A stretch of DNA of 64,000 nt from Candidatus Omnitrophota bacterium (GCA_016930235.1 JAFGHI010000007.1:27341-91340), one strand, 5' to 3'; shown: positions 1 through 9,790, counted from the stretch's first letter. Numbers and translations: made by a program. Notes: generated by a model from the sequence alone, not told the origin.

Positions 1-28
1 AATAAGATTAGAGAATGTTAAAAACAGA

Positions 29-229
29 TTGACTTGTCAAAAAGGAGGATTTATGGGAGCCCTTCTCGGATTGGTAGTTCTTGTTTTGGATATCTGGGCT
101 ATTTTGGATTGCCTTAAAAGTTCGCTTGCGACCGGGATGAAAGCCCTTTGGATTGTTTTGATTCTTGTTTTGCCGCTTCTTGGGTTGATCTTGTACTTTT
201 TGATTGGCCGTAAGAAGGCATCGGCGTAA
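29..229 (+). CDS. Small two-TM membrane protein, PLDc_N-like (phospholipase-D/cardiolipin-synthase N-terminal domain family)
   Basis: 66-aa ORF with an ATG start and two hydrophobic helices. The DIWAI...LWI..I..LP..G.ILY...GR pattern is typical of PF13396-like small proteins. A stem-loop follows at ~247-283. Confidence 0.45.
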   Translation: MTCQKGGFMGALLGLVVLVLDIWAILDCLKSSLATGMKALWIVLILVLPLLGLILYFLIGRKKASA

Positions 230-246
230 GAGTCAAGCGTTTTCAG

Positions 247-283
247 GCCCCTCTCTTTTATGCTGGATTTATAAGAGGGGGGC
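247..283 (+). terminator. GC-rich imperfect stem-loop downstream of the PLDc_N-like gene; possible terminator
   Basis: GCCCCTCTCTTTTA...TATAAGAGGGGGGC inverted repeat with no clear U-tract. Confidence 0.3.
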
Positions 284-345
284 CTTTCCGCTTCTGAACG
301 AAGATAGTTCTTTCTTTGAAATTATTTCCGAAAAAGGATGGAGGG

Positions 346-540
346 ATGATGACGCCTGAAACAATTACGGGTTGGTTTGAGCAAATGGGCGGCGGGATTC
401 TAGTGATCGCGGGAGTCTTGGTGGTTGCTTATCTTGGGATTGCCTTCATGCGGTTGACGAAGAAGAGTGAGAAACAGTCCGAGATTAAGCCACAAGCGGA
501 TATGCGAGATCTTCCCGGCGAGGAAGGCCCCGGAGATTAG
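346..540 (+). CDS. Small hypothetical membrane protein
   Basis: The track ORF (316..540) begins at TTG. An in-frame ATGATG at 346/349 sits just after GGAGGG. One predicted TM helix (ILVIAGVLVVAYLGIAF). No family recognised. Confidence 0.3.
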   Translation: MMTPETITGWFEQMGGGILVIAGVLVVAYLGIAFMRLTKKSEKQSEIKPQADMRDLPGEEGPGD

Positions 541-699
541 AAAGCAAAAACAGCATGTGCTGTTTTTGGAGTTCGATCAACCATAACGAGTTTTTAAGGG
601 CCAAGCGAATGCTTGAAACGCGTGATTCTAGGCTTTTTCATTTTTCGATTCTGTGCCATAATAATTTCCGAGAAGAAGGCTCATCAAGGAGAAAACGAG

Positions 700-999
700 A
701 TGAAAGGGCTTGATCTGACAAGAGTTTACGTGGATGCTTATGAACAAACTCCTGCTCAAGACAAGCAAAAGATTTACCGCCTGTACCTTTTTTTATATCT
801 TTTGGGGCTTCCTCTCCTTATTGCTGTAGGCATTTTTTTAGTAATTCTTGCAATCATTATCTATTGGACGATCTCCATCCCCAAATGGCTTCTTGTTTTT
901 ATCGCAGGGTTTAACTTGGCCATTGTGACCGGTGCTGTACTGTTTGAAATTTGTTTGGCTAATGTGATCAACCGAATCAAACAGTATCGTAAAATCTAG
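700..999 (+). CDS. Hypothetical membrane protein (2 TM)
   Basis: The track ORF 613..999 starts at TTG. An in-frame ATG at 700 is preceded by AAGGAG. Two long hydrophobic segments follow. Confidence 0.3.
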   Translation: MKGLDLTRVYVDAYEQTPAQDKQKIYRLYLFLYLLGLPLLIAVGIFLVILAIIIYWTISIPKWLLVFIAGFNLAIVTGAVLFEICLANVINRIKQYRKI

Positions 1000-1104
1000 A
1001 GGCGGCTTCAACGATCGCTTTTAGAATTTTCCCCCAAATCATCGAAAGTGAATTACACTAAAGAAGTGTTTTGAAGCTTTGATGATCGCAAGAGGAGTTT
1101 TTGT

Positions 1105-1623
1105 ATGCTAAGTATTGCTTTAAATGCGCTGCTGATCTTCTTTCTACGGGTGACTGATGTGTCCTTGGGGACTGTCCGCATGGTGATGGTCACCCGAGGA
1201 CATCGTCTGACGGCTGCCGCGATCGGTTTTTTTGAAATTACGATATGGGTTGTTGCTGTCAGTAAGGTGATCAGCCATTTGACCAATTGGTTTTATGTCT
1301 TCGGTTATAGCGGTGGATTTGCTGCCGGGACATTATGCGGAATGTTTTTGGTCGAGAAGCTTGCGATTGGTTATGTGATGATCAAAATCGTTTCCTCCGA
1401 AAAGGGCAAAGAAGTGACGGAGGCGATCCGTCAGGGAGGACATGGGGCAACCATGACCCAAGCTCAAGGGTATGCCGGACACGTATCTCTCATTAATGTT
1501 GTGGTCAGCCGAAAGTATGTTCCGGATGTTATCGAAATTGCGAAGAAAATAGATGAGAATATCTTTCTGATTGTCGAGGATGTTCCGAAGGTTGTCGGCG
1601 GGTATCAGCGGCTTTCGAAATAG
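1105..1623 (+). CDS. UPF0316 family membrane protein (DUF5698/DUF2179)
   Basis: ATG start with an AGAGGAG RBS. The N-terminus LRVTDVSLGTVRMVMVTRGHRLTAAAIGFFEITIWVVA is characteristic of UPF0316/YebE-like proteins. A C-terminal soluble domain is present. Confidence 0.55.
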   Translation: MLSIALNALLIFFLRVTDVSLGTVRMVMVTRGHRLTAAAIGFFEITIWVVAVSKVISHLTNWFYVFGYSGGFAAGTLCGMFLVEKLAIGYVMIKIVSSEKGKEVTEAIRQGGHGATMTQAQGYAGHVSLINVVVSRKYVPDVIEIAKKIDENIFLIVEDVPKVVGGYQRLSK

Positions 1624-1664
1624 GGGAAGATCCCGAAACAATTGTGACATGAGGGAATCACGGG

Positions 1665-1692
1665 TTGCTTGTTTAGGAAATTCTCATATAAT
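1665..1692 (+). promoter_or_regulatory. Sigma70-like promoter candidate (TTGCTT-16nt-TATAAT) upstream of the small basic protein gene
   Basis: TTGCTT at 1665-1670, a 16-nt spacer, TATAAT at 1687-1692. A GAGGAGG RBS at 1714-1720 and ATG at 1730 follow. Confidence 0.4.
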
Positions 1693-1729
1693 GAAATAGT
1701 CACGAATCATATTGAGGAGGAATCTTGTT

Positions 1730-1921
1730 ATGTCAGCACCTGGTAGGCGTAGAAAAAGAACAAAGGAAATTCAGAGAAAGAATAGATTACGCCATAAGAT
1801 TCAAAAGTTAAAAAAGCGTTATCAATCGGCCAATAGCGAAGGGGAGCGAAAAAAAATTCTTCAGAAGCTTTTTAGAATGTCGCCTTTGTATCCGGTTAAG
1901 GAGTTTATAGGCGCAAAATAA
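1730..1921 (+). CDS. Small, highly basic hypothetical protein (63 aa, Arg/Lys-rich)
   Basis: The track ORF starts at TTG 1712. The preferred start is ATG 1730, 9 nt after GAGGAGG. The sequence MSAPGRRRKRTKEIQRKNRLRHKIQKLKKRY... has a strongly basic composition suggesting nucleic-acid or ribosome association. Confidence 0.35.
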   Translation: MSAPGRRRKRTKEIQRKNRLRHKIQKLKKRYQSANSEGERKKILQKLFRMSPLYPVKEFIGAK

Positions 1922-1993
1922 ATGATTTGCTAGTTGGGACAATGAGAGGCCACCGGAATCGGACCGGTGGCTTCTTTGTGAAGGACGCAAGGG

Positions 1994-2677
1994 ATGAACG
2001 ACGAGGAGCAAACGCTCGAAAACGCTTATTTACGCTGGCAGTTTGATCAATTCTCGCCGTTTGTCGGGCAAAGAGTCGCTGAGATTGGTTGTGGGTCCGG
2101 GCATTATCTTCCATTCCTCAAAGATACGAAACGTTACCTCGGTTTGGAGTCTCGCTCCCAAAGAAGAGAAGATCTTCTTAAACTCAAGTGGCCGGAGAAT
2201 GCGAAGCTGGCAAAGAATCCTGATATTTTGACCCATGGAGCGGTACGGGAGTTAAAGAATCACCGGATTCAGACTATTATTTGTGTCAATCATCTAGCCT
2301 CCATGGAAGAAGATTGGCTTGCTATGAAGAATATGATTCGTGCTCTTCCTCCTGAAGGGCACCTTTGCCTTATCGTGCCTGCGATGCCGTGCCTTGATGG
2401 GCCTCTTGACCAAGCAGAAGGTTTTTTGCGCCGCTATAGCCGGCGGTCCCTTTGTCATATAATCCACGAAGACGAACCCATTGAAATTGTACGGTGCCAT
2501 TATTTTGATCTGATGGGTGCCGTGGAGCGTTTCTGCGATGTCAGGGTCTTTCGCCGACGCTCAAAACCGTCTGATTTAAATCATCGAAAGGTCAACAAAA
2601 TTGTGTCGATGATTGAAAGGGTGAGCCGGCCTCCTTTTGGGCTTTCCATCGTTTTGGTCCTCAAGAAGGTGAAATAG
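1994..2677 (+). CDS. Class I SAM-dependent methyltransferase
   Basis: Motif I VAEIGCGSGHY is the glycine-rich SAM-binding loop of class I methyltransferases. 227 aa. Confidence 0.55.
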   Translation: MNDEEQTLENAYLRWQFDQFSPFVGQRVAEIGCGSGHYLPFLKDTKRYLGLESRSQRREDLLKLKWPENAKLAKNPDILTHGAVRELKNHRIQTIICVNHLASMEEDWLAMKNMIRALPPEGHLCLIVPAMPCLDGPLDQAEGFLRRYSRRSLCHIIHEDEPIEIVRCHYFDLMGAVERFCDVRVFRRRSKPSDLNHRKVNKIVSMIERVSRPPFGLSIVLVLKKVK

Positions 2678-2713
2678 TCTTAGAACGGTTTTGTCCGGGA
2701 AGGGAGGAAATCA

Positions 2714-4027
2714 GTGAAGCGGTTTCAAATCATTATGCTTCTCGTTTTGGTATTCACACTTATGATGCTTCCTTTCTTTCGAGGACTTGAGCAATTTCCT
2801 TTGCACGGCGATGAAAATCTGTGGTTGTATTCGGCCAAGTATTTTAAGTTGTTTTTCGTCGATTATGATCTTGAGAATCCTCAATGGTTTGAGGACTGGG
2901 CCTATGATCAACCGCCGGTCGGCAAGTACTTGATAGGAGGGGTCCTCCATCTGGCAGGGTATGCCGATATCCCGAAGGTGCTTGGCGAGACAGAGCAATG
3001 GAATTTTTTGAAAGGGAAAGAGGAAAACATTTCTCGAGGAGCTATGCCTCCAAAAGAAATCCTTCTGCCTGTCCGGAGGTTGATGGCAGGTCTCGGATTT
3101 TCGTCCTGTCTGATTCTTTTCGGTATCGGATATGCGCTGGGAGGAGTCCGTTTGGGAATCCTTGCCGGTCTTTTGCTTGCCTGGAACCCGCTTGTTCAAA
3201 ATACATGCCGGCGTGCAATGCCGGATGCCGCGCTTTTATTTTTTCTGCTGGCCAGTGTGGCTGCTATTTTCCTGTTTTACCGAAGGATGATTGCCGGGAA
3301 ATTCAAAGAAGCCTTTTTGTTTTGTGTTTTACATGGGGTTCTTTCGGCTCTGGCTGCAGGGACAAAATATAGCGGGGGTCTGTCGATGATTGTCTTGGCA
3401 TCTTTCATGGTGTATCTTTGCCTTGTAATAGGACTCCAATCCTTATTTTTTAAAAGGGATGAACGGTTGAATCGCGAGAATGGGAAATTGCTTTTAACGG
3501 TGCTGACCGGATTTTTGCTTTCCGGCTTCTTTGCTTTTGTATGCTTTGTCGGGCTGAATCCTTATCTGTATCATGAGACTTTGGAGAAGTTGCGGTATAT
3601 GATTGGATATCGGCATGACATTATCTGCTTCCAGCAATCGGAAATCGGGCCTGCTCTTTTATCGGTTAGCGAGAGACTGCCTCGAGTTTATTGGAGGATA
3701 TTTTATCCTCCAAACTATGTTGTTATCGGAAATCTCTTTAAATTTCCCGCGGAGCTTTATCTTTTTGTTTTAGGGATTGGCTGTCTTATGTGGAATGAAA
3801 TTAAGATGTTATGGCACCGATGGCTGCCTTCGGAGGGGGCCATTCTACTTCTTTGGGTGATCATTGCTTACGGGGGAATCTCACTTTGGATCCCGCTTGA
3901 TTGGGACCGGTATTATCTTCCGATTATTCCTGGTGTGACTTTGGTGGTGGCCTTTGCGATCGAGGCTTTATTGCGCGGTCTTTCCCGCGCCGCTGAAATG
4001 GTGCTTGAAAGGCGTCAGAATTCGTGA
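2714..4027 (+). CDS. Polytopic membrane glycosyltransferase, GT-C superfamily (GT39/PMT_2/ArnT-like)
   Basis: GTG start after AGGGAGG. There are >10 predicted TM helices. The first extracytoplasmic loop carries an HGDENLW motif of the DE type found in PMT/ArnT GT-C enzymes. Confidence 0.4.
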   Translation: MKRFQIIMLLVLVFTLMMLPFFRGLEQFPLHGDENLWLYSAKYFKLFFVDYDLENPQWFEDWAYDQPPVGKYLIGGVLHLAGYADIPKVLGETEQWNFLKGKEENISRGAMPPKEILLPVRRLMAGLGFSSCLILFGIGYALGGVRLGILAGLLLAWNPLVQNTCRRAMPDAALLFFLLASVAAIFLFYRRMIAGKFKEAFLFCVLHGVLSALAAGTKYSGGLSMIVLASFMVYLCLVIGLQSLFFKRDERLNRENGKLLLTVLTGFLLSGFFAFVCFVGLNPYLYHETLEKLRYMIGYRHDIICFQQSEIGPALLSVSERLPRVYWRIFYPPNYVVIGNLFKFPAELYLFVLGIGCLMWNEIKMLWHRWLPSEGAILLLWVIIAYGGISLWIPLDWDRYYLPIIPGVTLVVAFAIEALLRGLSRAAEMVLERRQNS

Positions 4028-4140
4028 GAGAATCGCCACGTATACGGTAATCCCCCCGAAATAAATCAAGCCAGATCATTCTAACTGACTTTATGTCAAT
4101 AGGTTATGACATTTGATCCTGGAATTATAGGAGGTTTAAG

Positions 4141-4311
4141 ATGCCAGCAATTGTGGATGTTGAGAAATGCAATGGGTGCCAGCAATGTGTCGAGGTTTGT
4201 TCTGTTCAGGCTATTGTCATCGAGAATGACAAAGCAAAGATTACCCCTGAATGCATTGACTGTGCCGCTTGTGTGAGTGTTTGTCCCAACGAAGCCATTT
4301 CGATGGAGTAA
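4141..4311 (+). CDS. 4Fe-4S dicluster ferredoxin (56 aa; absent from the ORF track because it is <60 aa)
   Basis: Translation is MPAIVDVEKCNGCQQCVEVCSVQAIVIENDKAKITPECIDCAACVSVCPNEAISME. It has two CxxCxxCxxxC(P/S) cluster-binding motifs and an AGGAGG RBS at 4129-4134. Confidence 0.7.
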   Translation: MPAIVDVEKCNGCQQCVEVCSVQAIVIENDKAKITPECIDCAACVSVCPNEAISME

Positions 4312-4324
4312 CCTCGTTGAATGA

Positions 4325-4356
4325 GGGGCTTAGAATAAGACGCTATTCTAAGCCCC
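4325..4356 (+). terminator. Perfect 13-bp stem-loop downstream of the ferredoxin gene
   Basis: GGGGCTTAGAATA-N7-TATTCTAAGCCCC. No strong U-tract, so this is a terminator or RNA-stability hairpin. Confidence 0.4.
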
Positions 4357-4507
4357 CGACAATCAAGAGTTATTTCCGGTCCTTCCTTAAAGCAACTGTT
4401 CTCTCAAGTATTGATTTAGATTATTCAAATCCCGCAGATTATAAAAATCATAAATTTAGCCGTTAATTAAGGAATCAAAAAGTTCCTGAAGCGGGGCTGG
4501 TCCATAC

Positions 4508-5947
4508 ATGCTATTCAATACGGTTGAATTCCTAATCTTTTTTGTCATTGTTTATTCTCTTTATCTTCTTCTCTCGTTTCGCTGGCAGAACCGGATGCTT
4601 TTGCTTGCGAGTTATATCTTTTACGGCTGGTGGGACTGGCGTTTCCTGGGTCTTATCCTTATTTCAACGGCGGTGGATTATTATTGCGGGATTAAGATTG
4701 AAGAATCGGCTGAGGAAATCCGGAGAAAAAAATACCTCGCCTTAAGTGTGATCGTCAATCTGGGGCTTCTCGGATTTTTTAAATACTTCAATTTTTTCGC
4801 GGAAAGCTTGCAGGAAGCCGTTTCATTGTTTGGATGGACAATCCATCCCGTCACGCTTCGGATTGTTTTACCGATCGGGATTTCCTTTTATACCTTTCAA
4901 ACGATGAGCTATACGATTGACATTTACCGTCGCGAGATTCAGCCGACGCGCCGGTTTTTCGATTTCGCCCTTTTTGTTGCTTTCTTTCCACAACTTGTAG
5001 CCGGTCCGATCGAAAGGGCCAAGCGGCTTTTGCCTCAAATTCTTGCTCCCCGGACATTGTCACCGGCTAAATTTCAGGAAGGGGCCTATTTGATCTTCTG
5101 GGGACTTTATCAAAAGGTTTTTATTGCGGATAATCTTGCCAGGATGGTTGATCCTGTTTTTGCTTCATCGGGACCCTATCCGGGCCTTCTTGTCCTCTAT
5201 ACGACTTATGCTTTTGCTTTTCAGATCTTCTGCGATTTTGCAGGGTACTCGAATATTGCCCGGGGTCTTGGCAAGATGATGGGATTTGAGATCATGATCA
5301 ATTTTAATCTGCCCTATTTTGCTACAAATCCACGTGAATTCTGGCAGCGGTGGCACATCAGCCTGTCCAGCTGGCTGCGGGATTATCTTTACATTCCGCT
5401 GGGGGGGAATCGTCGCGGGCGATGGCAGACGTACCGGAGTCTTCTTTGTACCATGTTGCTGGGAGGCTTGTGGCATGGCGCGGCGTGGACCTTCGTTTTT
5501 TGGGGAGCTTATCAAGGGCTGCTTTTGATGGGGCATCGTGTCTTAAGACCCTTCTTGGAATTGTTTAAGTTTGCTCGAGGATCTTTGTCGGAGAAGGGTT
5601 GGTTCGTCACCCGTATTTTCGTCTTCTTTCATCTTGTTTGTTTGGGATGGATATTTTTCCGCGCAGAAAATCTGTTACAAGCTTTTGAAATGTTCAGGAG
5701 CCTTTTGGGGATTCGTATGAAAGCCGGGATGGGGGTCTTGACCTACTCTTCTGAGATGCTTCCCACTCTTATTTATTATCTTTGGCTGTTAGTTTTTCTT
5801 CAGATTCTCTGCTACCGCAGGCATGTTCATCTTGCGGTTTGGAGTTTACCTGTTTGGGCGAAATCCCTTATTTTTATAGTTATGTTTTATTCTCTTGTTG
5901 CATTTGGAGCGCCGGGGGGTCATGAGTTTATCTACTTCCAATTTTAA
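4508..5947 (+). CDS. MBOAT family membrane-bound O-acyltransferase (AlgI/DltB/PatA-like)
   Basis: 479 aa and polytopic. It has the canonical MBOAT blocks: WQRWHISLSSWLRDYLYIPLGGNRRG and LLGGLWHGAAWTFVFWG with the conserved His. The N-terminus MLFNTVEFLIFF is typical of AlgI/DltB. Confidence 0.85.
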   Translation: MLFNTVEFLIFFVIVYSLYLLLSFRWQNRMLLLASYIFYGWWDWRFLGLILISTAVDYYCGIKIEESAEEIRRKKYLALSVIVNLGLLGFFKYFNFFAESLQEAVSLFGWTIHPVTLRIVLPIGISFYTFQTMSYTIDIYRREIQPTRRFFDFALFVAFFPQLVAGPIERAKRLLPQILAPRTLSPAKFQEGAYLIFWGLYQKVFIADNLARMVDPVFASSGPYPGLLVLYTTYAFAFQIFCDFAGYSNIARGLGKMMGFEIMINFNLPYFATNPREFWQRWHISLSSWLRDYLYIPLGGNRRGRWQTYRSLLCTMLLGGLWHGAAWTFVFWGAYQGLLLMGHRVLRPFLELFKFARGSLSEKGWFVTRIFVFFHLVCLGWIFFRAENLLQAFEMFRSLLGIRMKAGMGVLTYSSEMLPTLIYYLWLLVFLQILCYRRHVHLAVWSLPVWAKSLIFIVMFYSLVAFGAPGGHEFIYFQF

Positions 5948-6986
5948 ATATATTTCGAAATCTTTCTGGCTGATGATGATGATCTTTTTAGCCATCGAAA
6001 CGACGTCCTATGCCTTTATGCGAATCGTTGAAAAAAGTTGTCAAGGCGCCGACCTTATCCGTTACGATAAGGATTTTTTCTGCCGGAATTTGAAACCTCT
6101 GAGTTTTCCCGAGACTTTTCGCATGCGGCAAAAATATGATCGCCTCGGGAAAAAGTCTTTTCAAGAGATGGGCAAAGATGGCCCCTTTGATGTCATTGTT
6201 TTTGGGGACAGCAGCGGGATCAGCGGGTGGCCGGAAATCCTCAGGGATCAATATGAATTACGTATCGTGAACGTGACTTCGTACCGGCATCAAGATGAAT
6301 ACCCGGATGCTTTTCTCAATGTGATGCGAAATTATTACGAGCTAAATCAGGATCATCCCGCCATCCTTTTATGGACAACGATTACCGAGAGGGGGAAGAA
6401 ATACACTTTGCCTCGGTCATTATGGTCCGTCCTTTATGACAAACCAAAATGGCAGTTTGATTTTTCATTTTTGCCCTCAATTAAATTAATGAATTATCTC
6501 CGTTATAAAATCTATCGCTCGGATTACGTGGAAGTAATCCAATTGGGAAAGCACCGGCAAATGTTTCTAAGTTGGGATATCAAAGGGGTCGCCCAGACAC
6601 CGGCCGGCCAGGATGTCCTTACGGAGCAATTCAAGGAGGCCAAGGCGATAGCCCAAGAAAAGGGTTGCCGCCTGGGTTTTGTTTTCATCCCCACCAAGGT
6701 TCAACTTTATCCATGGCTTTTGAAGGACAAGATCAAAAATTGGGATTATGAGGTTCGAGGGTTACCTTATCTCATGGAAGCCGCTCGAAAAGCGGATATC
6801 CCTGTGTTGGATATCTCAAAGGAATTGCTAGCCACAGCCAAAGAAGTTTATGAGAAGAAAGGGGAGCTTTTGTGGTTCCCCGACGACAGCCATATGAATC
6901 TCGAAGGAGCGTCTTACGTGGCGGAGGCGGTTTATCCTTTCATTCAAGAGATCCGCAGAAAGCCACTGCCCCCTCAAAATGAATAA
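5922..6986 (+). CDS. AlgJ/AlgX/PatB-like SGNH-fold protein (membrane-anchored O-acetyltransferase/esterase partner of MBOAT), paralog 1
   Basis: Sits immediately downstream of the MBOAT gene and overlaps it. The track ORF starts at TTG 5895; ATG 5922 precedes a signal anchor. It has a GDSS block (DVIVFGDSSG) and a C-terminal DDSH block. Confidence 0.5.
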   Translation: MSLSTSNFKYISKSFWLMMMIFLAIETTSYAFMRIVEKSCQGADLIRYDKDFFCRNLKPLSFPETFRMRQKYDRLGKKSFQEMGKDGPFDVIVFGDSSGISGWPEILRDQYELRIVNVTSYRHQDEYPDAFLNVMRNYYELNQDHPAILLWTTITERGKKYTLPRSLWSVLYDKPKWQFDFSFLPSIKLMNYLRYKIYRSDYVEVIQLGKHRQMFLSWDIKGVAQTPAGQDVLTEQFKEAKAIAQEKGCRLGFVFIPTKVQLYPWLLKDKIKNWDYEVRGLPYLMEAARKADIPVLDISKELLATAKEVYEKKGELLWFPDDSHMNLEGASYVAEAVYPFIQEIRRKPLPPQNE

Positions 6987-7213
6987 AAATCATTTCTTAA
7001 CATCTCGCTTTAAGATGATATCGGTTCGGGATACAATCTTTAGGGCGTTGGGCTTATGGAATTCTATGTTTACGGCCTCGAAAGACGGGTTATCCTTAAA
7101 CAAAATTTCGTGTAGGAGCGATGACCCTGGCCGGGGAACGGAAATTGACCGGTATTCATTGACAGACGATTCTTATAAAGGTGACAAAAAGGATCCAACC
7201 TAAGGAGAATCTT

Positions 7214-8029
7214 ATGAAAAAGACATTATTGTTTCTTATCGGGGCTGTCAGTTTATTCAGTTTTATTTCTTGGGCCGCAAAATCGGCGAGTGACGAATTA
7301 CGGGTGGAAGGAATTGTTTATGAAGCGAATTCGCCCCAAGGATCGGTAGCCGTCATCAACGGGCAGTTTCTCCAAGAGGGAAATGTTTTCCAGGGATACC
7401 GTATCGAGAGTATTCAGGAAAGCTGGGTAACGGTCAGTCATGTGGGGACGGGGCAGACTGAAAAACTCGACATTGTGGGAGGAGAACCTTCCCGTGAAGT
7501 CTATAAGAAAGAGGAAAAAAAGGAAGCGGTGCAGCCAAAGCAGAATGCCGGAGTTACTGCGGTGCCTGTGAGGGGGCAGCCTGCGACCGCGGGGCCTATG
7601 GGTGAAATGATGGAACAGTTTCAGGGTGTTTTTGGGAAGGTGTGGGAGATAACGGCGATAACTGAAATGAAGAATATCCAGGCTTCTGCCAATGTTTATG
7701 CGATGGAACAGAACATCAATAGCGGGATCAAGATTTCAGCACTCATCAATCAGGGATTTCTGAGCGGATTCAGTTCTGATGGGGTCAAAGGCCCTTACCA
7801 GTATCGCATCGAGACCAAGAATGGGGTTGCTGTTGGGGCCGCCCCTGTGGATAAAAAATCGGGCCTGCGATCTTTTTATGTCGATTCGGAGGGACGAGTT
7901 CATGTTTCGGATAAAGGGCTTGCCGCCGAAGGGAGCCCGATCTATAAGCCGACGGGGCTTTCGATGCTACCGGTGGCTCCGCCGGGAGGTCCCAATTTTG
8001 AGGATTACGAAAAGTACTTTCAGGAATAA
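7214..8029 (+). CDS. Secreted hypothetical protein with PilP/GspC-like N-terminal beta domain
   Basis: ATG 7214 follows an AAGGAGAA RBS. A signal peptide (LLFLIGAVSLFSFISWAA) is present. The N-terminal segment LRVEGIVYEANSPQGSVAVINGQFLQEGNVFQGYRIESIQESWVTV resembles PilP/GspC HR domains. Confidence 0.35.
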   Translation: MKKTLLFLIGAVSLFSFISWAAKSASDELRVEGIVYEANSPQGSVAVINGQFLQEGNVFQGYRIESIQESWVTVSHVGTGQTEKLDIVGGEPSREVYKKEEKKEAVQPKQNAGVTAVPVRGQPATAGPMGEMMEQFQGVFGKVWEITAITEMKNIQASANVYAMEQNINSGIKISALINQGFLSGFSSDGVKGPYQYRIETKNGVAVGAAPVDKKSGLRSFYVDSEGRVHVSDKGLAAEGSPIYKPTGLSMLPVAPPGGPNFEDYEKYFQE

Positions 8030-8158
8030 ACTGATTTGTTGACGGCGTTTAAAAAGGGTTTTTGTTCTTTTAAGCGGTTGTCTCAGGGCTTATAATCGAA
8101 ACTGATTTTAGGAGTTCGAAGCATTCTGGATTATCTCGTTAATTTGAATTATGACAAG

Positions 8159-9775
8159 ATGAAAAAATACAAGCGGTTTTCCACACTCCTTATTTTATTT
8201 ACCGCCCTTTTTTTGTTCCCTGTTTTATCCCCAAGTGCATCGGAACCCGTAGGTCTTCTCAAAGCGTCTCAAGGGGAAGTGATGATTCTTCGGGAAGGGA
8301 GGATGTTCCCTGCCCGGGCGGGGGATGTGCTTTTTGCGGAAGATATCATCAAGACGGGAGCGGAGGGAAAGGCCAGCATTCATCACAATCTGGGTTTTGA
8401 TTCTGAGATGGGCTCTCAGGCAACCCTTCGCGTGGCGGAAGTTATTCTTGGTATTGCAGGGTTTAGCCTGGCCCGAGGGTGGCTCGAAACGGAGGGAAGC
8501 CTGGAAGACAAAGCAAAACAATATCGAATTGCGACGCCGGTTGCGATTACAGGGGTCCGGGGAACCGGTTTTCTTGTTATCGGTTCGATGGACGGGGCTT
8601 CGCTCGTGTCAGTCAAGAGCGGGACCGTGAGTGTTGGAGTGGGGGAGGAAGTCTTTCTGATGAATTCGGGCGAGCGAACCCGAGGATTTTTAGCGCAAGG
8701 GTATGAAACTCCCGAAAGCGGACAGCTTACAGTTCAGGATGCCGAGGCCTGGCGTTTAGATCAAGAAAAAGATTTAAAGGGCCGCGTGGAGCAAGTTTTG
8801 GATGAACTGATCGATCTTCAAAAAAAAGAGGATGCCGATTGGGAAGCTATCGAGCGGGAGGTAGTGACGGCTTCGCAGAAGATTATGACGGGCCAAGTGA
8901 CTCAAGAGGACCGGTTTTTCTTTCGCAAAGTGTTTGATCTGGAAGACCGGATGAGTGCCAGAAGACTTTTGGCAATCGATTTGCGCGAATGGGCAGGCTT
9001 GACGGATCCGGAAGCGGCCCAAAACGAACGGACTCGACTTCAAAAAGTCTGGCAGGCGAGGGATTGGCAAAGGAAGACGTGGGAAGATGTTTCTCGCGGG
9101 AAAATTCCGTCTTTAACCTCTCAGCCGGATAATCTCAAAAGTTATGACAATCGCGCTCAAAAGGATATGATGCAAAATCAGGACCGCAAACGCAGTGATA
9201 TCCCCATTTTGCCGGATACAAAATCTCTCTTTCCTGAAAATGTCGAGGGGGTTTATTTGGGGATGCCCGTGGGTGAATTCCGCCAAATCCGTCCGATGGC
9301 CCAACTGCCTCCTGTGATGCCGGAAGGGGATATTCCTATTGTTTATACCGAAAAGCAGCTCTCGGGGGGTGATTGGTCACGCCCCGGTTGGTTTACGGGG
9401 ATGTATACCTTTTACCGCGGGAAGATGATCCAGGGGACGTTTCTCGCATTTACGGGTGTCGAGACCTTACGAACCGGACTGGCTCAAAAATTCACAAAAC
9501 TTTACGGCAATCCTGGACGTTCCCGTTTGGAACCGGATTGGGCGCAGCCGGGAGTTTTTAAAGGAAGTACTCTTGAATGGCTGTCCGGTGATGTGGAGGT
9601 GATTTTGATTTCGCGATGGGTCCCCAGCTTACAGGGAAATACCCGGGGGTTGGAATTACGCATACGAATCGCGGGGTTGGAGACTTATTTGGAGAATGCC
9701 GGTCAGTTTGAAGAGAATCAAGAAAAACTTGCCGGGCAACTTGCCATTGATTTTCCCGAATATCGACTTTCTTAA
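8159..9775 (+). CDS. Secreted FecR-domain protein
   Basis: The track ORF starts at TTG 8144; ATG 8159 gives MKKYKRF... plus a signal peptide. A FecR-like segment (QGEVMILREG...AGDVLFAEDIIKTGAEGKASI...ITGVRGTGFLV) follows. The C-terminal ~300 aa are unassigned. Confidence 0.45.
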   Translation: MKKYKRFSTLLILFTALFLFPVLSPSASEPVGLLKASQGEVMILREGRMFPARAGDVLFAEDIIKTGAEGKASIHHNLGFDSEMGSQATLRVAEVILGIAGFSLARGWLETEGSLEDKAKQYRIATPVAITGVRGTGFLVIGSMDGASLVSVKSGTVSVGVGEEVFLMNSGERTRGFLAQGYETPESGQLTVQDAEAWRLDQEKDLKGRVEQVLDELIDLQKKEDADWEAIEREVVTASQKIMTGQVTQEDRFFFRKVFDLEDRMSARRLLAIDLREWAGLTDPEAAQNERTRLQKVWQARDWQRKTWEDVSRGKIPSLTSQPDNLKSYDNRAQKDMMQNQDRKRSDIPILPDTKSLFPENVEGVYLGMPVGEFRQIRPMAQLPPVMPEGDIPIVYTEKQLSGGDWSRPGWFTGMYTFYRGKMIQGTFLAFTGVETLRTGLAQKFTKLYGNPGRSRLEPDWAQPGVFKGSTLEWLSGDVEVILISRWVPSLQGNTRGLELRIRIAGLETYLENAGQFEENQEKLAGQLAIDFPEYRLS

Positions 9776-9790
9776 GTTCTTGAGGAAAAG

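Noticed and set aside
4410-4430. TTCAAATCC T-loop-like motif suggesting a tRNA in the 4312-4507 intergenic region
   Set aside because: The flanking sequence cannot form a T-stem or acceptor stem, so no cloverleaf is possible.
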